Assembly: GCF_018350175.1 (NCBI RefSeq)
Contig: NC_058373.1
Location: 110,982,001 to 111,046,000, forward strand
Direction of reading: 5' to 3'
Source of the DNA: Felis catus
Taxonomy: Eukaryota
Length of the DNA stretch: 64,000 bases
This document shows, piece after piece, positions 58,701-64,000 of the stretch (positions within the stretch are counted from its first letter, which is position 1; every line of letters starts with the position of its first letter). The notes beneath the pieces are model-generated. The model was not told where the DNA came from. It saw only the letters and a list, made by a program, of their open reading frames with translations, and searched no databases. The position numbers and the translations under genes were made by a program.

Positions 58701-60979
58701 GCTGGTAGAAGAGGAAATGTGGAGAGGAAATTGAATGATCTAGCAGGATAATAGATCAGTTATTTCCATATTCTAATCTTTCCAAGATGTGTATGATCAC
58801 ATACTTTCACAAGATATTATATTAAAAGAAACAATTCATGCCGACATATGGGGTTCTGTGACTAATGCAGTGAGAGCAGTTTTGAAGCCTACTGGAGAAG
58901 CTTCCTCTAGGGCCAGGAGCGACCTCTAGTGGTTCATTTAGGTCATTATTTTTTTTTCTTGTTTTCTTGCTCTTGAAAGTACAAAACAGTACTATCAACA
59001 TTTTATATTATTTTTAAAGAAACAACTATAATTCACAGCTTAATTTAGAAAGAAATCAGGCATTTGAGTAAAATAAACACAAACCATCTGTAGTCCAAGC
59101 TGGAGTTGCTATTAATTATCATTATTTTCTCCTCTAAGTACATCATCCTTTGCCATACTGCCAGTATTTACGTTCATTCTGCTTCTTGAATCAGTGGTTT
59201 TATCAAACCTAGAGGAAGGATAACTGGTGGGCCACTGCTGATCCAAGGCTGAAGAGTCCTCTCAGGGCTATGGAGAGTACAAAGTCCCCATATTTTTCAT
59301 TCTATGTTTCACTTGATTTTTTTGGTTGTCCCTGAATTTTCTCTGCCTGGGATGTCTCCTCACCCTGCCTTCATTAATTCAGTTCCTCATGTGAGTCTTT
59401 CCTGATCTTCCAGGCTACCGTAGTAAGTTTCCCCTGTTACACAATCTCACAATGGCCTATGCTTCTTTTCCTCCTCATGCCATTTCCCCCAAATGTAATG
59501 AAATGGTCAATTTTGTAACAATTGTTTAATGTCTGTTTCTTCTGGTAAATCATGAGCCCTGTAACGGTTGAGACTGTGTCTGGCTTTTTCACCACTGTCT
59601 CCTCAGCACTTAACTCAGTGCCCAGCACATAACGGGTACTCAATAAATACCTATTGAATGAATAGACAGCATCCTGCAGGAGACTCTTGCCATGTCCCTT
59701 TCGGATCCTATTGTAGAGGAGACTGCATTTCAGAAACGGATTTCTATTTTCAAATACAATTTGCAATTGCTTTAGGTGCACCTGTAACAGGTAAAACAAT
59801 TTGTTACAAAACAATTCCAGCTACTCTTTCAGTAGCTCAATTTAAATTTCTAGCCTGCAAAGCAACTCTTTACAAAGGCTGAATCCTTAGACCTTAGACC
59901 TTATCAGACCTTTTTTTTTTTTTTCCAAAACAGAACTAAGGGAAAGACAATAAGATACCAATAGAGAGGGAAGTATAGTGCAGCCATATCCTTGACCCTA
60001 ACCCACAGAACCCTAACCCACAAATCTTATTCTCAGATTTAGAAACATCCTGCCACCAACAGGATTTAATTCAGCAACACTACCACTGAAATGGGCATGG
60101 TGATAGTTTACCTGCCTGAGGCCTTTAGGCCATCCCAGCCTCAGCATCTTTCTGAGCACTTCTATTTAACACCAGAAACAGATAAGAGGGGAATATTTGG
60201 TTGTGAAATACCACACCGCAACTCCTTGGGCCCAAGACATGGGACTTGGAAATGAGTGGGAACAGAGTAAAGTACTCTGGGCAGGAGGTTGTCTGAGTCT
60301 ATCTGGAAAGTCTGTTAATATAGCACCTCTGCCCTGCTGCGACTCTTGGTATTATAATTTTGATGTAGTCCTTTTGATGTGGGCCCTTAAAGAGATTCTC
60401 TTCTACTCCTTGTCCAAAATAGGATTTTCCTAAAATCACAACTTTTAACATTTTTATGGAGGTGTATATGATGATTAATCCCACTCAGTAAGAATTTTAT
60501 TCTGAACACCTTCAGATTAAATGATCAGAATTAATAAACATACATATGTATATTCGTGGCAATGTTCTCTCAAACTTGTTCCTTCCTCTAGTGGAGCTCA
60601 TACGGTTCATGTGGATGGCTCCTTGTCATCTTTTGGGTCTCAGACAGACGTCAAAGAGGCTGGGCCTGACCACTCACCCTAATTAGTCCCCTCCTCCTTT
60701 CCTCTCTTTTGTAGACCCTGTTATTTTCTTTCATACCATTTATCACAAGTCTTCATATATTGTGTTCATTCATTCATTCTGTCTATTCCACTAGACTCTA
60801 AGGTTCCCAAGGGCAGGAGCCTTGTTTGTTTTGTTCACTTTTGTATTCCTGGGGCCTAGCGCAGTGTTTGACATAGAGTAGGTGCTCCCCCCAAAACTAC
60901 TGAATATTTCCTTTGTCGTTTCACTTATACTTGTTCCTGCTACTGCACTTTACTTCCTACTACTGCATCGTAACTCCCT

Positions 60980-62200
60980 GGGGGATAGGAAACAACTACA
61001 ACGCCCCTTCCCTCCATCATCGCGCCAGTAACGAGAAAGCAATTCCCTTGTTGAGAAGCCACCGGCTTCTCCCCAGGCGGCTGTCATGCACCCAAAGGTG
61101 TCCAGAATTCTGTTAGTGATAGAGTGTCTGAGTCAGGAGAGCTGTCAAATGTTTTTACGGTTACACTCACAGTTCTTGGGCACTCGAAACTGCGAACTAC
61201 TGTCATTACAATTAAGTGGCAATTAGCACAATATTGAAGTGTGCCTGCGTGCGTGTGTTACTTTGCGTAACGAACCGAGGCGTCCTACACCATCTCTCTG
61301 AAATGAAATCCAGATGGACAGACACGTCCTCCCTTCCTTGCGCGCCAAGAAGCTGAGTCTCCTGCAGCAGCAACTCTGCCCAATGGGGGGCGGAAGCATC
61401 CCAATAACTCTCTCCTTTAAGATGTGTAGGTGGGTGGAGAGAAATTCGCGTTCAAAGACTTTTTGACTCTATTCGCTCTCCGTAGCGCCTTAGCCCGTTT
61501 GAGTTTCAATGCGCGTTGTTGTTTGACGAAGGGAGTACTATACACCGCCCGCTGCTCTACTGATCATGGCTTCTCCGAGTTCCTTCACCTACTATTGCCC
61601 TCCATCTTCCTCACCTGTGTGGTCAGAGCCGCTGTACAGTCTGAGGCCGGAGCACGCGCGGGAGCGGTTGCAGGACGACTCGGTGGAAACAGTCACGTCC
61701 ATAGAACAGGTGAGGCGGCCGGGTTGAGCGAGGCGCCCGCGCGGGGGCTTCTGGGAGCGAGAGTCCGGTCCGCAGGGCCGTCGGGGTGCAAAACTCACCG
61801 GGGAACTACGACTCCCACAGTGCACCGCGGCGCCTCCCCTCTGGGAAGCTCTGGGCAGTTCTGGGCGCCCAGGCTTCGGCTTGGGAATGGAGCATTTGTG
61901 GGGCCGGGTTGGGGAGGGGTCGTTCTCAGGGTTGGGTTTGGAGGAGAGGACAGTACCTGGGTCCTCTCTGCTTAAGGAAGCGGAGAGAATAGTGTTCTGT
62001 GCCTTGGAGGACTGAAGCACCCCGGGCGGGTCAGGCAGCTTGTTTCATTCCGCCGGGACATTGGGAGGTTCTCGGATGGATAGTGCACTTACCTCACCTT
62101 GCTCGTAGTTTGGGGACACAGAGGGGAAGAGGAGCGGCCAGACTGCGGTCATGCCATTCCATGATCTGTTTAATTACTGACCCACGGGGCCAGATCCTGT
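60980..62200 (+). promoter_or_regulatory. FNTB: FNTB CpG-island promoter
   Basis: CpG-rich. CCAAT boxes at ~61380 and ~61401 flank a GC/ETS element (gggggcggaag). ZNF143-type element at 61804-61829. Confidence 0.85.
61566..61709 (+). CDS. FNTB: Protein farnesyltransferase beta subunit, coding exon 1 (MASPSSFTYYCPPSSSPVWSEPLYSLRPEHARERLQDDSVETVTSIEQ); gene continues beyond the window
   Basis: atcATGg start, 48 codons matching the FNTB N-terminus, donor CAG|gtgagg (phase 0). Position fits conserved synteny. Confidence 0.96.
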
Positions 62201-63342
62201 AGGGCCTACCTCGTGGGTGGGCATGTTACTTGAGCACCAGCAAAGTATTGGACACACGATGTTCAACGCTGGAAGTACAAAGAAATAAAACCTTTCCTGA
62301 CCATGGGCATGGCACAGCCTGGTTGAGGAAAACAGACAGGAAAACAGTACTATTTGAAAAGCACTAATTAAAATGAAATTTTAGACGACTTATCCTTCAT
62401 TCATTGAGGCCTCAAACCTATCACTCTGAAAAGCGCTTGAGGAATGGGTAGTGAACTCTAGTTTTGTTTTCCTTTTCCTTCTGCAGTTGGAATTGTTCCC
62501 AAGTTCCTGTGGAAATGTTTGCCTGTCCTTAGAAGTGGTTGAGATGGTTCTTTTTAGCACTAACAAATAAGCATCAGGCTGCTTTCTAAATAAGATCTCG
62601 TATTAAGATCAGTCTCCAGGCTTAACCTTGGAGGGACCTGCTTTGACTTTCATACCTGAATTTGGAATCCTGTATTTAGGCAAAATTCATAGTGATAGTT
62701 ATCATATTGTATATTTATGACTATAAGTATAATTATAAATTAAAAACAAAAAAACACAAAGACTTGAATAGACAATTATACACATGGTAGCAGAAAGAAT
62801 ATTGTAACTGGAATTTATGCTACATAGGTTTTAGGATTGAAAGGAAACCCTTACCTTTTGAATCTAGCCCCCCAGCTTAGCCCACCAGTGTGTCTTTCTA
62901 CAGAAACCTTTTGTAAAAGATTGCAAAGAAATCTTCCACCAATGAAACCTACAGGATCTTTGCAGTGTTCCTAAGTAACAGACTGTAGAGTTTATTCAGG
63001 TCAAGCTTGTTCCTTGGTATGTGATGTAACACTATTAAGTTACTTTTTATATAGTTAACTAAACTGACTCAGCACTTAAGAATATGGATAGAATACTAGC
63101 AGAGAAAAGGGAATCAGAAGTGGGTCTGTTCATTTAGAGACCAGAACAGACTTCCATATTTAAGGGGCAAGTCAAAAACAGGAACATTAACAGGAGTTTC
63201 ACTGATCTGCTCTCTTTTTCCTGTACTACTTTTTTTTTTTTTTTTCCAGTGAAGTGCCCCTGCTTAGTTCCTGCCAAGAAACACTAGCACTTATATTTTA
63301 AATGTCTAGGCATAATAAGTGATGCAAAAATGGATGCAGCAA

Positions 63343-63562
63343 GGGGTGCCTGGGCGGCTCAGTCGGTTGAGCATCTGACTTCAGCTCAGGTCATGATCTC
63401 ACAGTTCGTGAGTTTGAGCCCCGCATCAGGCTCTGTGCTGAGAGCTCAGCGCCTGGAGGCTGCTTCGAGTTCTGTGTCCCTCTCTCTCTTTATGCTCCTC
63501 CCCCACTCACGCTCTGTATCTCTCTCAAAAATAAATAAACGTTAAAAAAAAAATTTTTTTTT
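63343..63562 (+). mobile_element. SINEC_Fc in FNTB intron 1
   Basis: ggggtgcctgggcggctcagtcggttgag head. Flanks aaatggatgcagcaa / aaatggatgagcaa. Confidence 0.93.
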
Positions 63563-64000
63563 AAATGGATGAGCAAGATTCTGGGCTGCCAAAGGGTCAG
63601 CCAAGGCCTGGGCCAGGTGTGGAAGCTAGGTTTCTGATATGGAACATGGTTATAATATGGTGTCTTTCAAATCTAGGCTCTACTGTGTGTTCGATAATAG
63701 AGCATCTTATATGTCTTTTCCGTGTCATTCTTCCAGCTCACATTTTAAAAGTCTGGGATAAACGGTTCCAGAGAGTAGGAAGATGATATAGTATCTCATA
63801 CTAATGGTTACCTCAGTGCCAGCACTAATAATCAGTAGTATCCATTTACTGGGTCCCAGTTCTGTGCTAAATGCCCACCATATAGATTGTATCATTCAAT
63901 CCTTTTCCATTTCACAGACAAGAAAACCGAGGCTTAGAGAAGTACTAGTTTGGTAGGTTAATGATGATATATATTCATAAGAAACTTCGTCAGGAGGAGT

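Noticed and set aside
1286..61049. Similar strings cgagaaacaattccctt (~1286) and cgagaaagcaattccctt (~61032) upstream of CHURC1 and FNTB
   Set aside because: Short gapped match with no extension and no motif I can name. It cannot be distinguished from chance by eye.
49759..61566. Head-to-head RAB15 (prenylated) and FNTB (prenyltransferase) as a functional module
   Set aside because: RAB15 ends in CXC, a Rab geranylgeranyltransferase substrate, not a CaaX farnesyltransferase substrate. The promoters are separate islands about 11 kb apart.
1..64000. CRISPR arrays, prokaryotic operons, rRNA genes, numts or foreign inserts
   Set aside because: None seen. Composition, repeats and gene order are consistent with ordinary felid nuclear DNA throughout.

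Overview
Mammalian genomic DNA from a felid (cat-type SINEC_Fc SINEs and a young carnivore L1 3' end). The window covers the conserved CHURC1 - GPX2 - RAB15 - FNTB gene block. I reconstructed the following by hand, with every junction GT-AG and in phase: complete CHURC1 (+, 4 coding exons, 112 aa); complete selenoprotein gene GPX2 (-, 2 exons, 190 aa, in-frame UGA at codon 40, 3'UTR SECIS); complete RAB15 (-, 7 coding exons, 212 aa, ends CWC); and FNTB coding exon 1 (+, 48 codons). There are three CpG-island promoters. The rest is introns and intergenic DNA rich in Can-SINE, L1, L2, MIR, MER and MLT repeats; repeat family names and boundaries are by eye and approximate. I found no clearly new multi-gene system. 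Best leads: (1) a 32-nt tailless U2 snRNA retrocopy between 15-bp direct repeats; (2) a strong alternative RAB15 exon-4 donor that would add 52 aa in frame; (3) a CHURC1 upstream ATG that sits in an NRF1 site and is closed by an in-frame TAG; (4) a well-formed + strand cryptic exon upstream of GPX2; (5) splice-phase compatibility for CHURC1-FNTB read-through; (6) a degenerate ~240-bp duplication in CHURC1 intron 3 split by an L1. Almost all ORFs in the supplied track are spurious.
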